Shown here one piece after another: positions 53,067 through 63,527 of a stretch of 64,000 nt of DNA. The translations under genes were made by a program, and so were the position numbers. Numbering within the stretch: position 1 is the stretch's first letter; each line of letters opens with the position of its first letter. A model generated the notes under the pieces. The model had not been told where the DNA came from. It searched no databases and saw only the letters and a program-made list of their open reading frames with translations. Location of the stretch: assembly GCA_019828565.1 (NCBI GenBank), contig JAHDYR010000067.1, forward strand, positions 62,001 to 126,000. The letters run 5' to 3'. This DNA comes from Carpediemonas membranifera BICM. Its lineage: Eukaryota > Protista > Fornicata.

Positions 53067-53993
53067 ATGCTGGGGGAAGCAGGCCCGTTCAGGTTTCTTA
53101 GAAGGAAGAAGCATGTGAAGGATATCCTGAATGATCTAGAAACTGCGGCTGCGCGTGTCAGGCAGCGGCAACTCCGGTTTCTTGGCATCGCACACCGTTT
53201 CTTCATGGTCACTTCGCTAGCACTGATGGCAATCACTGTCATCGTTAGCTTTGTCCTATTTATGCATTTCCCTTTCCACAGGATGCCTGAAGAGCTTACT
53301 ACCGGCCATATTGTCGGCATCTTTATCCTATTCACTCTCACAGCTGTTGTAGCCTCATTCGTGGTCCTTTTCCGCGTGTACATCAAGCTACGTACCGGTA
53401 TATCTAATTACTTCGATCTCAAGATCCAGGACTACAACGACCGTATGCAGGCGACTGTCAACAAGCTTAAGGAGACAAGCAGCTTCTACGAAACTCTGCA
53501 GCTCATCAAGCAGTACGCGCCTGATGAGTTTAGCGAGCTCCCCGCCAACATCAAGATGATCGTCACCTCCCCCTCTGCCCCCTCTCCGACGGAGGACGTC
53601 GAGCCCCTGATGAGGGTCGCACCCCCGCCAGACACGCCTATAGTTGGCCACGGTGTCGTGGGTAAGAAGGGTCTATTCCTACGCATGATGGACGCCGTGG
53701 TGTCTTCTGTGGTTTCTGACTCTCCCGAGAGTCGTATGGCCCTCATATGCGGCCGTTGCCACTCACACAACGGCCTGGTGCCAATGGAAGATTTTGTCAA
53801 CGGCGAGATCACGTACAGATGTCCAGTATGTCATGCGCTCAATACGACCAACGGCGGGACAGCAGTTCACGAGGTTGACTCCTTTGCTGATGACGACCTT
53901 GCCGACGAGGAGGTTCTCTCGATCATGACTGATACGACCAGGGGCGCTCTCAGCGACACTAGCAGACTCACACCTACCTCGCCATTTACATGA
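53067..53993 (+). CDS. Lunapark family ER junction protein
   Basis: Two TM helices, a coiled coil (LKETSSFYETLQLIKQY) and the zinc ribbon ALICGRCHSHNGL...YRCPVCHALN. Confidence 0.88.
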   Translation: MLGEAGPFRFLRRKKHVKDILNDLETAAARVRQRQLRFLGIAHRFFMVTSLALMAITVIVSFVLFMHFPFHRMPEELTTGHIVGIFILFTLTAVVASFVVLFRVYIKLRTGISNYFDLKIQDYNDRMQATVNKLKETSSFYETLQLIKQYAPDEFSELPANIKMIVTSPSAPSPTEDVEPLMRVAPPPDTPIVGHGVVGKKGLFLRMMDAVVSSVVSDSPESRMALICGRCHSHNGLVPMEDFVNGEITYRCPVCHALNTTNGGTAVHEVDSFADDDLADEEVLSIMTDTTRGALSDTSRLTPTSPFT

Positions 53994-54067
53994 GAATGCG
54001 GGTCATGTATATTTTCTCGGATGATCGATAAACTTTTCTTCGATGATGATGGAAGCAGGGTGGTCGC

Positions 54068-54538
54068 TCACGATCTAAACTTGGCTATGAGGTCAAATGT
54101 TGACTGCACAGTGCTCTCAAACAAGCTCTGAGATGGCATGGGTGTCAATGCTGTCTGTGTCTCAGCCCCTGCTCTTGCGGGGGACACATACTCAGAGTCG
54201 GGTGACTGTACAGAATATGGCCGGAACGGGTCTGGCGTTCGGCCAGTACTTGGTACCGCCCTCGGAGACTCCTGTGGCGATGCCGACGGAGAAGGATCCG
54301 GTGTGGCCGCTAGAGGCTCGGGTGATGGAACCGAGTCCGTCGATGGAGACTCCGCCCATGCTCTAGAGGTGCGGAGAGAGTGGTCATATATACTAGATGT
54401 TGAACACAAAGAGGCGTTAGTGCGCCTGGAAACGGAGTAGGATGACATTGGAGAAATAATCGGAGATGCAGCAAGCTGCTCACTCTTTTGCGCATACTTC
54501 GAGAGAAGCCTGCTGATTTGGTCTTCAATTTTGCTCAT
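54068..54538 (-). CDS. Hypothetical Ser/Pro-rich protein, 156 aa
   Basis: ATG ORF with short helical ends and a low-complexity centre. Confidence 0.5.
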   Translation of the reverse strand: MSKIEDQISRLLSKYAQKSEQLAASPIISPMSSYSVSRRTNASLCSTSSIYDHSLRTSRAWAESPSTDSVPSPEPLAATPDPSPSASPQESPRAVPSTGRTPDPFRPYSVQSPDSEYVSPARAGAETQTALTPMPSQSLFESTVQSTFDLIAKFRS

Positions 54539-54640
54539 GCTGTCTCGATTGCCCCTAAGGCGCCGTGGTAGTCCGCCACAGAAGTTCTTTAATCAGTTGA
54601 TTACTACACCATCGGAATCACCTAATCGCGGTCCGCAGCT

Positions 54641-55399
54641 TTACTTCTCCTCCAAGATCTTCAGGATGCTTGGTGTGGCGCGAGGGGTCGACCAGACATG
54701 CTCGGCCGTCCCCGCGCTCAGCGTCGTACACGGGTCAGAAGACGTCAGCGGCGTGTCGAGCGGCTTATTGCTGCACTTCCAGTGTGTCACGCGTTTCTGA
54801 TAGAACCCGGCGAGGGACGACGGAATGGGGCCATGGACCGAGTCGGTCAGCATGAGGCGGTTCACGCGGTCAGTGAAGCCCGGGACCTCCTTGGCCGCGC
54901 GCAGCATGCAGACGCCGCCGTAGCTATGGGCAATGATGTCGACTGTGATCTCCGTGTCGAGCGGCTCGATGAGCTCGGTCCAATACTGCGCGGTGTGGTG
55001 ATGCGGGTGCGAGGTGGCGTTCGGGTTCGGCACAATGACGGGTATGCCACGCTCATGCGCCCAACGCACTATGGGCAGCATAGAACCGTCATCCAAGCTG
55101 TTGTTGATGATGACTGAGCGCGCCCATTGCCCGAGGGTGACGAGGCCGGTACCTTGATGGAGAATGAGCACGCGGCTGAACTTCTTTGTCGAGAAGGAGC
55201 TAGATACGAGCACCGTGCATTCTGAGGCCGTGTTCTCTCCCACGGTCCGCTCCTCCATGCCGAGGGTGCACATCGCCTCGATTGTGTGCTGCTTCACGTA
55301 TACCGCGAGTTCCTCGTATGCATCCTCTGTTGTAAATGCGAATGGCTCACCTGTGTCCTTGTGCGCGAGCTTTCCGTCTTTAAAGCTGTATTCGATCAT
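54641..55399 (-). CDS. FAM172A/ARB2 family alpha/beta-hydrolase-fold protein
   Basis: YSF.DGKL....TGEPF, GQWARSVIINNSLDDGSMLP, IIAHSYGG, LTDSVH and SAGT.EH.W. Confidence 0.85.
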   Translation of the reverse strand: MIEYSFKDGKLAHKDTGEPFAFTTEDAYEELAVYVKQHTIEAMCTLGMEERTVGENTASECTVLVSSSFSTKKFSRVLILHQGTGLVTLGQWARSVIINNSLDDGSMLPIVRWAHERGIPVIVPNPNATSHPHHHTAQYWTELIEPLDTEITVDIIAHSYGGVCMLRAAKEVPGFTDRVNRLMLTDSVHGPIPSSLAGFYQKRVTHWKCSNKPLDTPLTSSDPCTTLSAGTAEHVWSTPRATPSILKILEEK

Positions 55400-55474
55400 T
55401 CGTTGTACAGTCAAGTTGGGTCGCGACCTACTGGTTGGATGATAGCACTGGCAAGCTCAATCAATCCTTTACAC

Positions 55475-57144
55475 TCACCCTCTGCGTCTGCGCGGCAAGG
55501 GCTTCTTCTTGACATACGGCTTCTTGGCGTCGGCCTCGTGCTGCCAGGCGGCGCGCTCCTTGTTGAAGCTGGAGCGCAGGCGCTTGAAGTCATCCTTGAC
55601 GGCGTCGTGCTGCTCGACGGTCATGGGCCACGGAAGGCGGTCGGCCCACTCGCCGGCGGGCGTGCGGCCGAAGTCGGCGAAGATCTGGCGCAGGCCCGAG
55701 GCCATCGCCGTGATGGGGTCGTACCAGGGGGGCAGCGGGACGTCGTGGGGGAAGTCGTAGCGGCACGTCAGCTGCTGCGAGGTCCACTTGCCGGGGCCGT
55801 CGGCGAATAGCACGATCTCTTCGGCCGCGGTCAGGTGCAGAACGGCGGTGCCGTCCTTGGTCGGCAGCACGAATAGGTTGCAGTTGGGCGTGTGCGAGTG
55901 GTTGATCCACTTTATCGGGCCGGCGTGGTGGGTCAGGTCGACCCCGAAGCTGGCGAGCCTGTGCGTGCTCTTGTTGACGACCTCGCGGCCCCAGAGCACG
56001 AAGCGGCTGGGGCGGGTGGCCAGCTCGTCGTGGGGGACGCGCGGGCTTCGGAACACGGCGAGGCTGGCGCCCTTCGCGATCGTCGGGCAGCGCCGACTGG
56101 TGATGGTCAGGCTGAAGCCGAGCTCCTCGTCGCCGTTGCCGAGCACCGTGCGCGCCGCGTTGACGCTGCATGCGATGCCGAGGCGCTTGGTCATGTCGGC
56201 GGTAGCCTCGCGGGCCCGGATGCAGTGCGTGCAGCAGTAGTCGCAGCGGCAGGACGGGGCGATGCCGTGGACGCCGTGGTTCGAGGCGCAGCTGGCGTGG
56301 ACGGCACGTCCGCACAGCATGCGGCAGGGGACCATGTCGTCGCCGTCGGCCTGCTCGCCGCACACGTGACACGGCGGGGCGACGAGGGGGCAGTCGAGCT
56401 CTGAGTCGGCGTCGGTCTCGATGAAGCCGGCGCGGGTCTCGAGGGGCGGCAGGTCGTGGCGGCGGTACCGGCGCCCGATGGTCTTCCCGGTCTTGGCCGC
56501 CTGGGCTTGGCGGAGCGGGTACATCAGGTCTTCAGCCGCGTCGGCGCTCAGCTTGTGCCTCTTTTTGAGATGCCTTTTCAAAATGCTCATGTCGGCCGTT
56601 TGCAACTCGCATCCGTCGACTGGGCAGTTGGTCTTCGGGCCGTGCTGCTGTATTCTGTGTTCCCCGAGATTTGCGCATGCTTTCTCGCACTCTTCACACC
56701 AAAAGCGCTTCTTGAGCGCCTCGTTCTCCTCAAGGCGCTCAGGGTGGACGGTGGCGATGTGGCCGTCGAGTTTGGCGAAGACCTTCTTGCAGTCAGGGCA
56801 CCATTTCTTCGGGTGCGTCTCCTTATTGCACTTATCGTTGTGGGCGGCGATGTAATGCTTCTCCACATCGCCCTTGCTTGTCCCAGTGTAGCTGTGTTAG
56901 CGTTGTGGTGACGAACGAACTCGCATTCTTCGCAGACGCAGGTCTTGTGCTGCTGGCGCATGTGAGCGATCATCAGATCCTCGGTATCGAAGCCATGGCC
57001 GCACATATTCGCCTTGCATGGGATTCGGCGGTGAAAGTCTTCGATGTGGACGTGAAGCTCGCCATTCTTGCTGAATCGCTCGCCGCACTCGCTGCCATCG
57101 TCCAATTTGCACCTACAAATGCGTTTCTGGCGTGTTTCAGCCAT
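55475..57144 (-). CDS. Multi-C2H2 zinc finger, PHD finger and divergent SET-like domain protein; join(57144..56921,56891..55475), ~546 aa
   Basis: A 29-nt intron (56892-56920, GTTCGT...CTAACACAG) restores CEECDYTGTSKGDVEKH with exact C-x12-H spacing. PHD: CHVC...CRMLC...HASC...CDYC. SET-like motifs: KWINHSHTPNC and QQLTCRY. Confidence 0.75.
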
Positions 57145-57531
57145 ATCCAGAAGAATTGGAGCTCAACGGCCTTCTTCCTCTGTAGGGATTTCTCCGGACA
57201 TCGCAGAATCAGGACCGAATCAGGGATAATGCCGCGTCGATGGCCCAAACCAACCCTATAAACGTGCTTCCAATGCTTACTAGGCCTATTCTCAGAGCAG
57301 GCTGTCCCACCCCACCATCTCAACGCCGAGATTCAAAGCTGGTCTGCTTTAAACTGCGCAACGACCAGACAACCACACAACACAAAACCGACATCCTATC
57401 CTTTTGTCGTCGGCAAGGCTTGGGCATAGCAACACGCGCCTTCTGCCCCACCATCGTGCTGATGACTTTAACACGACAGACGCCTGCCAAGGCACACGTG
57501 ATGGAAATGAGAAGCATATGCACAATACAGT

Positions 57532-58683
57532 TTAGAACAGCGCAACCAGGGCCACAAGCAGGAGGAAGGCGGCGACATGGATGGCGGTAGCAGAGTCCAC
57601 CGACCCTGTGGTGACCGAGACTACAGAGATGGACGAAGAGCTGGCAGAAGCGGTGTAAGAGAGGTCAACGTTAGTCCAGTCAGTCGAATCGATCTCAGAG
57701 TTGATGTCGTTCAGGCCAGCCGTGCCAGAGGCATCGCCATAGTTGGTAACGGCAACGCTGACACCGTTCGCAGAGGAAGAGTCGATGGTGGGGGTGGCGC
57801 CGTCCGCGTCAACGACAACGGCGCTGATAACCTCCACGGCGATGCTAGCCCACGGAGAGCCTGTGGACACCGCCCAATCCTTGCAGAGGGCGACGACGGT
57901 GTCCGTGGCCAGATCAGTAATGCCGGAGATAACAAGCTCCGTGGTGGTGGTGGCAGCCTTGTCGTGATCAACGATGCAGGAGGCTGGGGGGTCGACCTCG
58001 CACAAGGTGTAGAGGTAGTCGAGATAGGAGCTTGCCTTATCGTTCACAAGGTCATCAACCTTGCCCACGAAGTCAGTGATGCAGCAACCCCAGGAGTCGA
58101 TGATGTCGCTGAATGCATCGCAACTTCCCTCTGCCTTGATGGTGTCGACCGCGTCATAAAGGTCATCGAGGGAGAGAGCCTCTGTGCACCTGGGTAAGCG
58201 ATGGAATGGGGACACACCATTCATTGTTCTCGTTCTTCCAGCAAACGAACTCAGCGAGCTCGACGGCGGCGGCGATGTTAACGTTCTCGCCAAGGATGAA
58301 CGAGAGGGCGCAGCTGTCAAGAAGCTCGACGATGGCCTCGATGATCTCGATCAGACCCCTGTCATGGCTGTGTGAGCGAAGTCGGGATGGTCTGTTTGAG
58401 CGTTTCTATTGTGTCGCCACAAATTACGGAACCAAGAAACATACCAAATCTCAGAACGAATGTCGTCAGTGAACTTACCACTGATGAGGTTGTAGAGGTG
58501 GCGATACGACGAAGAATAGGTTACGCTAACGTCGACAAATGAAGCAATCGCGGTAACGCAGCTAATAACGCCGTCGGCCTCAGCCTCAGCGGCCTTCTGA
58601 GAGCGCATAATCTCGTATCCGTTCAAAGGATCGCAAAGAACGGCAGAGAGCACGAGGAGAAGAAGGATTACAGCCTTAAACAT
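57532..58683 (-). CDS. Cys-containing secreted, probably GPI-anchored surface protein; join(58683..58445,58367..58218,58189..57532), ~348 aa
   Basis: Signal peptide MFKAVILLLLVLSAVLC. Introns of 77 nt (58368-58444, GTATGT...CTCACACAG) and 28 nt (58190-58217, GTGTGT...CTTACCCAG) keep the frame. Ser/Thr stalk and hydrophobic end DSATAIHVAAFLLLVALVALF. Confidence 0.75.
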
Positions 58684-59058
58684 GTTGTGGCTGAGAAAAA
58701 AATTTGAAGATCCATTGACCATCCGAGATTCCCATATCATCGCGTATCCTCAAGTAAGACCGACCAATAATCAACAGCTGACGTCACATTCATCAGAATT
58801 GCTGCTCTCAGGGCTGTTCGGATACAGATGTGGTCAATGGGGAAATAGATTCGGTGACAATCAACGTCAAAGAATCTCATGTCCTCGCTTCCAAAGCAGA
58901 CAAGCTTCCAACGGCAAACTTGCACAAAGCCACGCCAGGAAGCGACGACTCGCCTGCGACACGATTGAAGGCCAGCAACGATCTGTCGTCATAAACAATA
59001 CGGACACAAAGAGAAGTATTTACATTCCCATATTCATCATACGTATACACAAGTTGGC

Positions 59059-61542
59059 CTACATGGCGTCAGGCTCCATTCCAACATTTTCAACGTCCTC
59101 GTCGCCCGAGAAACCGAGCTCCTCAATGGAAGAAGCTGACTCGGGCCTGGAGATCTTCATGCCGACCTCGTCTTCACCGATGATCTCTTCGATTGATGAC
59201 GCCGACGACATGCGAGCGATGCGGAAGTCTTCTTCCCCCACGATCTCTTCAATGGACGACGCCGAGTCAGGTCGGCTGATCTGTGGGTGAAGGTAGTCAG
59301 CCTCGTCCTCGGCGTCGGCATCTTCATCCTCGTCCTCAGCTTCACTGGGGGTGTTGGAGTCGGTGTCCTCGTCGTCGGATGCTTCAACGTCATCATCGAT
59401 GTCAGCCTCAACAGCTTCAGCATCCTCCTCAGCAGACTCGTCGGCACTCTCTTCGTCGGACTCCTCGTCTGCGGATTCTTCCTCCTCTTCCTCTTCAGCA
59501 TCTTCCACCTCTTCATCCGACTGTTGTGTGACTTCAGGCTCCTCGGGCTCCATTGGTGATTCGGGTTCCTGAGGCTCCATTGGGGGCTCGGCTTCGTCAT
59601 GGGCCCTTGCTTCAGACTCAATCACGACGTCGCCCTCGACAACAGCCTCAGGCTCGACGACCACGGCCTCCGCCTCGGCAGCAACTGGCTCAGGCTCCAC
59701 AGCCTTCTCCCGGGTCCATGTCCCAGGACTGTGCATGGGCGCGCCCTTCTTCACCGCGGGCAGGGCACCGGGGTAATGCCGCCTCTTCTCCAGCAGCGCC
59801 AGTCCCCGCCTGTGCTGGATTTCCGCCTTCTTCCTAGCCATGATGTCCTCTCTCACCCCGGCCTGGGTCAGGGGCCCTCTGGCGTTCGACAGGCCCTTGA
59901 CCTCCTGGGACGCCTTGGCCGTGAACTTCTCCATCTGTTGAACCCTGGCTGCCCGCTTCCTTGCCTCTAACTTGCTGACCTCGGCTGTGAACTTCTTCGC
60001 ATGGGTCTGAATCTCACTGACCTTGATCGGTTCAAAGGCCTGCCGCCGCTCAGCAAGCATCGCCTGCTCCTTTTCCATGGCCGGAATGACGACCTTACGG
60101 ACGTACCGCCCCTCCATCTTCCGGTAGAGTGGCGTCGGGATCTTAGGGCCCTTGACCAGGTTGAGACGCCGTTCCCGGTCAACCTTGGCGGCCTCCCGCT
60201 TGGCCCGCATCGCCTCCAGCCTGTCCCTGCGTTCCTGTTCCATTCTCTGCTTTCTCTCCTCGTCGCGTCGCTTGGATTCCTCCACGGCAAGCCGCTCCTC
60301 TTCCCGTATCTTGTCCTCGAGCAGCTTACGGCGGTTAGCGGCCTTCATGCGTTGCTTCCGGGCCTCAGCCAATGTCCGTTTGAACCTGGCTTCGCTCTCT
60401 GGGTCGCTGCTCAGTGACGTGCGAGTGGGGCTTCCGTAGACCTTGCCAGAGCCACTCAAGCTCTTGCTGCTCTCCCGGGAGAGCTTGGATGGCGGCGTCC
60501 CCCTCATACGCCCAGGCCTACTCTGTACAGACCCCGAAGTTGAGGGTGAAGGGCTGGGTCGATTGTACTTGCTGCTCTTGTGTGTCATGGCGGGCAGTGC
60601 GGCGGGGGGCGTCTGTACTGGGGCAGGCATGTCATCCAGGGCACGCGGGGCCTCTGAGATTGGCCGGGTGACCTTGGGCTGAGTTGGCCGGGTTGGCTTG
60701 GCAGTCTTCTTGGGGCGGGACCGCCACGTCCTCTGGATGGTGCGGGCTGCACTCTCTTCGTCAGCAGCGGGAACAGTCTCCTGTGACTCCTGTGGTTCGG
60801 GCTGGGCGGGTGTCTGACTACGACTGCGCCACCCCTTCTGTATCGTCTTCGCGGCCTCGTCCCTCGCCTCCCGCTCAACTTTCCGGGACTGGCTGCGGCG
60901 CCACTGCGACTGAATGGTCTTTGCAGCACCGTTCTCGTCTACATCAGGCTCCACCACCTCTCGCTCCGGCTCAGGCTTTAACTCGACCCTCGAGGTCGGC
61001 CTGCTCCGCCAGCTGCGTTGAATCGAACGGGCTGCGTCATCTTCCTTGGACTTCTGCTTCTTCTGAGCGTCTGTACGCCGCCAGGTATGCTGAATCTTCT
61101 TGGCGGCCTCGTTCTCCTTCTCGGCCATCTTCTTCCTCTCGTCGGTCCGCCTCCAGCTCCGTTGGATCGATCTTGCCGCCTGGTCCTCTTGAGCAGCTTG
61201 TTTCTTACGGCTGTCGTTCCGTTTCCAAGACTTCTGGATGGTTCGGGCGGCTGCGTCCTCACGTTTCGCCATGGTCCGCTTGGCAGCGAAATTTCGATAA
61301 GAGCGTTGGATGGTAACTGCCGCTTGTGCTTCTTCGCATGATGGCTCAACAGCCTGTGGTTCGTTCTGGTCAGTTTCAGCGGCTGGAGCCTCGTTGTTGT
61401 CATGACCTTCAGTGTTTTCTGTAGACGAGGGCTCCTGGGGTGCTTCTCCAGGATTTGGCGCTACATCGCCCTTATGGAGATCGTCTGTCGATATACGGGC
61501 GCCGCTAAATCGCAGCACCCTGTTCTCATCATCTTCTCCCAT
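59059..61542 (-). CDS. IQ-motif repeat (calmodulin-binding-like) coiled-coil protein with acidic tail, 827 aa
   Basis: Eight AAxxIQxx(W/Y)(R/K) motifs, a charged helix, an Asp/Glu-rich tail and three SASSIEE repeats. Confidence 0.75.
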   Translation of the reverse strand: MGEDDENRVLRFSGARISTDDLHKGDVAPNPGEAPQEPSSTENTEGHDNNEAPAAETDQNEPQAVEPSCEEAQAAVTIQRSYRNFAAKRTMAKREDAAARTIQKSWKRNDSRKKQAAQEDQAARSIQRSWRRTDERKKMAEKENEAAKKIQHTWRRTDAQKKQKSKEDDAARSIQRSWRSRPTSRVELKPEPEREVVEPDVDENGAAKTIQSQWRRSQSRKVEREARDEAAKTIQKGWRSRSQTPAQPEPQESQETVPAADEESAARTIQRTWRSRPKKTAKPTRPTQPKVTRPISEAPRALDDMPAPVQTPPAALPAMTHKSSKYNRPSPSPSTSGSVQSRPGRMRGTPPSKLSRESSKSLSGSGKVYGSPTRTSLSSDPESEARFKRTLAEARKQRMKAANRRKLLEDKIREEERLAVEESKRRDEERKQRMEQERRDRLEAMRAKREAAKVDRERRLNLVKGPKIPTPLYRKMEGRYVRKVVIPAMEKEQAMLAERRQAFEPIKVSEIQTHAKKFTAEVSKLEARKRAARVQQMEKFTAKASQEVKGLSNARGPLTQAGVREDIMARKKAEIQHRRGLALLEKRRHYPGALPAVKKGAPMHSPGTWTREKAVEPEPVAAEAEAVVVEPEAVVEGDVVIESEARAHDEAEPPMEPQEPESPMEPEEPEVTQQSDEEVEDAEEEEEEESADEESDEESADESAEEDAEAVEADIDDDVEASDDEDTDSNTPSEAEDEDEDADAEDEADYLHPQISRPDSASSIEEIVGEEDFRIARMSSASSIEEIIGEDEVGMKISRPESASSIEELGFSGDEDVENVGMEPDAM

Positions 61543-61675
61543 TTGTACTCAAAACTGCCGGCTCATGCAAGAAAAATATCACAAGCTCGGGCCAGCCCAT
61601 GGCAGGGCCCGCTGCTGGTGTCGTGCCCTGTATTGTGTCTCTTTTCCGCTGATTTATTTGATGCGATCATTAGGC

Positions 61676-63250
61676 ATGGTTCTGCTCCTTTGTCCACCGA
61701 CAGCTGACTATGAAGGTCCCAAGTACTATGGATCGGTCTCTTTGAAGCGTATAGAACGCCTTACTATGCGCGATCGTGTCGATGAATGCCTCAACGGCGC
61801 GGACGAGCTGAAGAGCCCCGGCTCCCCGGCACCTGCTGTAGAGGACGATCTCCTCTTCTCCTCTGGCCACACCACCGACTACTACGAGCTTCTTGGTCTT
61901 GGTATGATCCGTCACCGCGCCTCTTCCGACGACATCCGCCGAGCCTACAAGAAAGCCTCTCTTCTCTTCCACCCCGACAAGTCGGACCACCCCAACGCCA
62001 TCCAGAGGTTCAAGGCCATCACCAAGGCCTATGAGATCCTGTCTAACCCCGAGAAGCGTCTTGCCTTCGACTCTACTGACGATGTGGATGACTCAGTGCC
62101 TGACCGAGTGAGTGCCCACGCCTTCTACGCCACGCTGCGGCCGGTGTTTGCCAGGAATGCCAGGTGGAGTGTTGTGCAGCCCGTGCCTGATCTTGGTCAC
62201 GAGAACACTGCCATCGATGAGGTCCTAGCATTCTATGCTTTCTGGGACGGTTTCAAGACATGGCGTGATTTCAGTGCCGACTGTGAATACGACCTGGACG
62301 AAGCCCACAACCGAGACGAGAAGCGCTGGATGATGCAGCAAAACCGGCGGGAGCAAAAGGCCAAGGTGAAGGCTGAGAAGGAGCGGATTGAGAAGCTGAT
62401 CAACTTGGCCAAGACCAATGACCCCAGATTGGCAGCGTACAAGGAGCAGAAGGAACGCGAGAGAGAGGAGCAGGAGGCCGCCCGCGTGGCTGAGGAACAG
62501 AGGCGGAAGAAGTCCGAGGAGCGGCGGGCAAGACTCCGGGCTGAGGCAAAGGAGCGCGAGCGGGAGGCTAAGGAACGCAGGTTTAGGACGGCCCTGACTG
62601 CGCTGGAGGGAAAGAACGACGGAAGCGCCGAGATGGGGTATCTGCTCAAGAGCCTTACCATTGAGGATGTCGACAAGGCTGAGGTTCTCATGGACGAAAA
62701 GAGTCTGGCTGCCGAGCTCTCAGAGATTAATCAAAAGATTGAAGCTCAAAAAGCTGCATTCGAAGCCAAGGTCGCCCAGTCGCACGTCGAAGAGGAGTGG
62801 ACTGACGAGCAGGACCGGATGCTCGCCGTCATGGTGAAGAAGGTCAACGAGCTCGTCCCCAAGCGATGGGGGAAGATCAGCAACGCAGTGGGGCGGACAG
62901 AGAAGGACTGCATCAAGCGGGTCAAACAGCTCGGACACAGGAAGCTCACACAACTCAGGGGCAACACCACTGCGAATAAGACCACCGTCATTGCTTCCAA
63001 GCCCGTTGAGACCGAGCCTGAAACTCCGCAGGATAAGGCGGAGGACGACGGGTGGACCAAAAAGGAGCAGAAGGCCTTCGAGAAGGGTCTGCGGGCGTAC
63101 CCAGAGGCGCAGTGTCGGGCGGACGGCATTATGCCCTCTATGCGCTGGGAACTCATCGCTGGATTCGTGCCTGATAAGGATGCAGAGGAGTGCAAGCAAC
63201 GTTTTATTTGGTGCAAGGAGCAGGTGGCCAAGAAGAAGGCCTCTACATAA
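61676..63250 (+). CDS. DNAJC2: Zuotin/MPP11-type J-domain protein with SANT/Myb domains, ~524 aa
   Basis: DYYELLGL...HPDK, F.RNARWS...P.LG, FY.FW..FK.WRDF, NRDEKRW and DPRL, plus two C-terminal SANT repeats (WTDEQ, WTKKEQKAFE). Confidence 0.9.
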   Translation: MVLLLCPPTADYEGPKYYGSVSLKRIERLTMRDRVDECLNGADELKSPGSPAPAVEDDLLFSSGHTTDYYELLGLGMIRHRASSDDIRRAYKKASLLFHPDKSDHPNAIQRFKAITKAYEILSNPEKRLAFDSTDDVDDSVPDRVSAHAFYATLRPVFARNARWSVVQPVPDLGHENTAIDEVLAFYAFWDGFKTWRDFSADCEYDLDEAHNRDEKRWMMQQNRREQKAKVKAEKERIEKLINLAKTNDPRLAAYKEQKEREREEQEAARVAEEQRRKKSEERRARLRAEAKEREREAKERRFRTALTALEGKNDGSAEMGYLLKSLTIEDVDKAEVLMDEKSLAAELSEINQKIEAQKAAFEAKVAQSHVEEEWTDEQDRMLAVMVKKVNELVPKRWGKISNAVGRTEKDCIKRVKQLGHRKLTQLRGNTTANKTTVIASKPVETEPETPQDKAEDDGWTKKEQKAFEKGLRAYPEAQCRADGIMPSMRWELIAGFVPDKDAEECKQRFIWCKEQVAKKKAST

Positions 63251-63527
63251 ACGGTGTCGCTGATCCGGGAGGGTGCTTGCGTGCAGTGCTTTCTGCGCTG
63301 ACTTAGGTTTGACCATTCTTGACCGAGAGAATCAAGGTGATCAAAGGTTATAGAGGCTACCCTGAGCGTCTAAGGGCGCTATACAGTCACAAGCAAGGTC
63401 TGATTGGGGGAAATCTCGGCAGGATCTGGCAGATATTTGTTGTCCTGACCCTTGTTGACGGGACCCCTCTGACGATCAACGACCGTTGTTACCTGCAAAG
63501 ATGGTGTCTCCGCAGAACTCACCAGGA

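Noticed and set aside
54641-57144. ARB2/FAM172A next to the ZnF-PHD-SET gene as a silencing cluster
   Set aside because: The other ZnF-SET copy has different neighbours, and adjacency in a compact eukaryotic genome is weak evidence.
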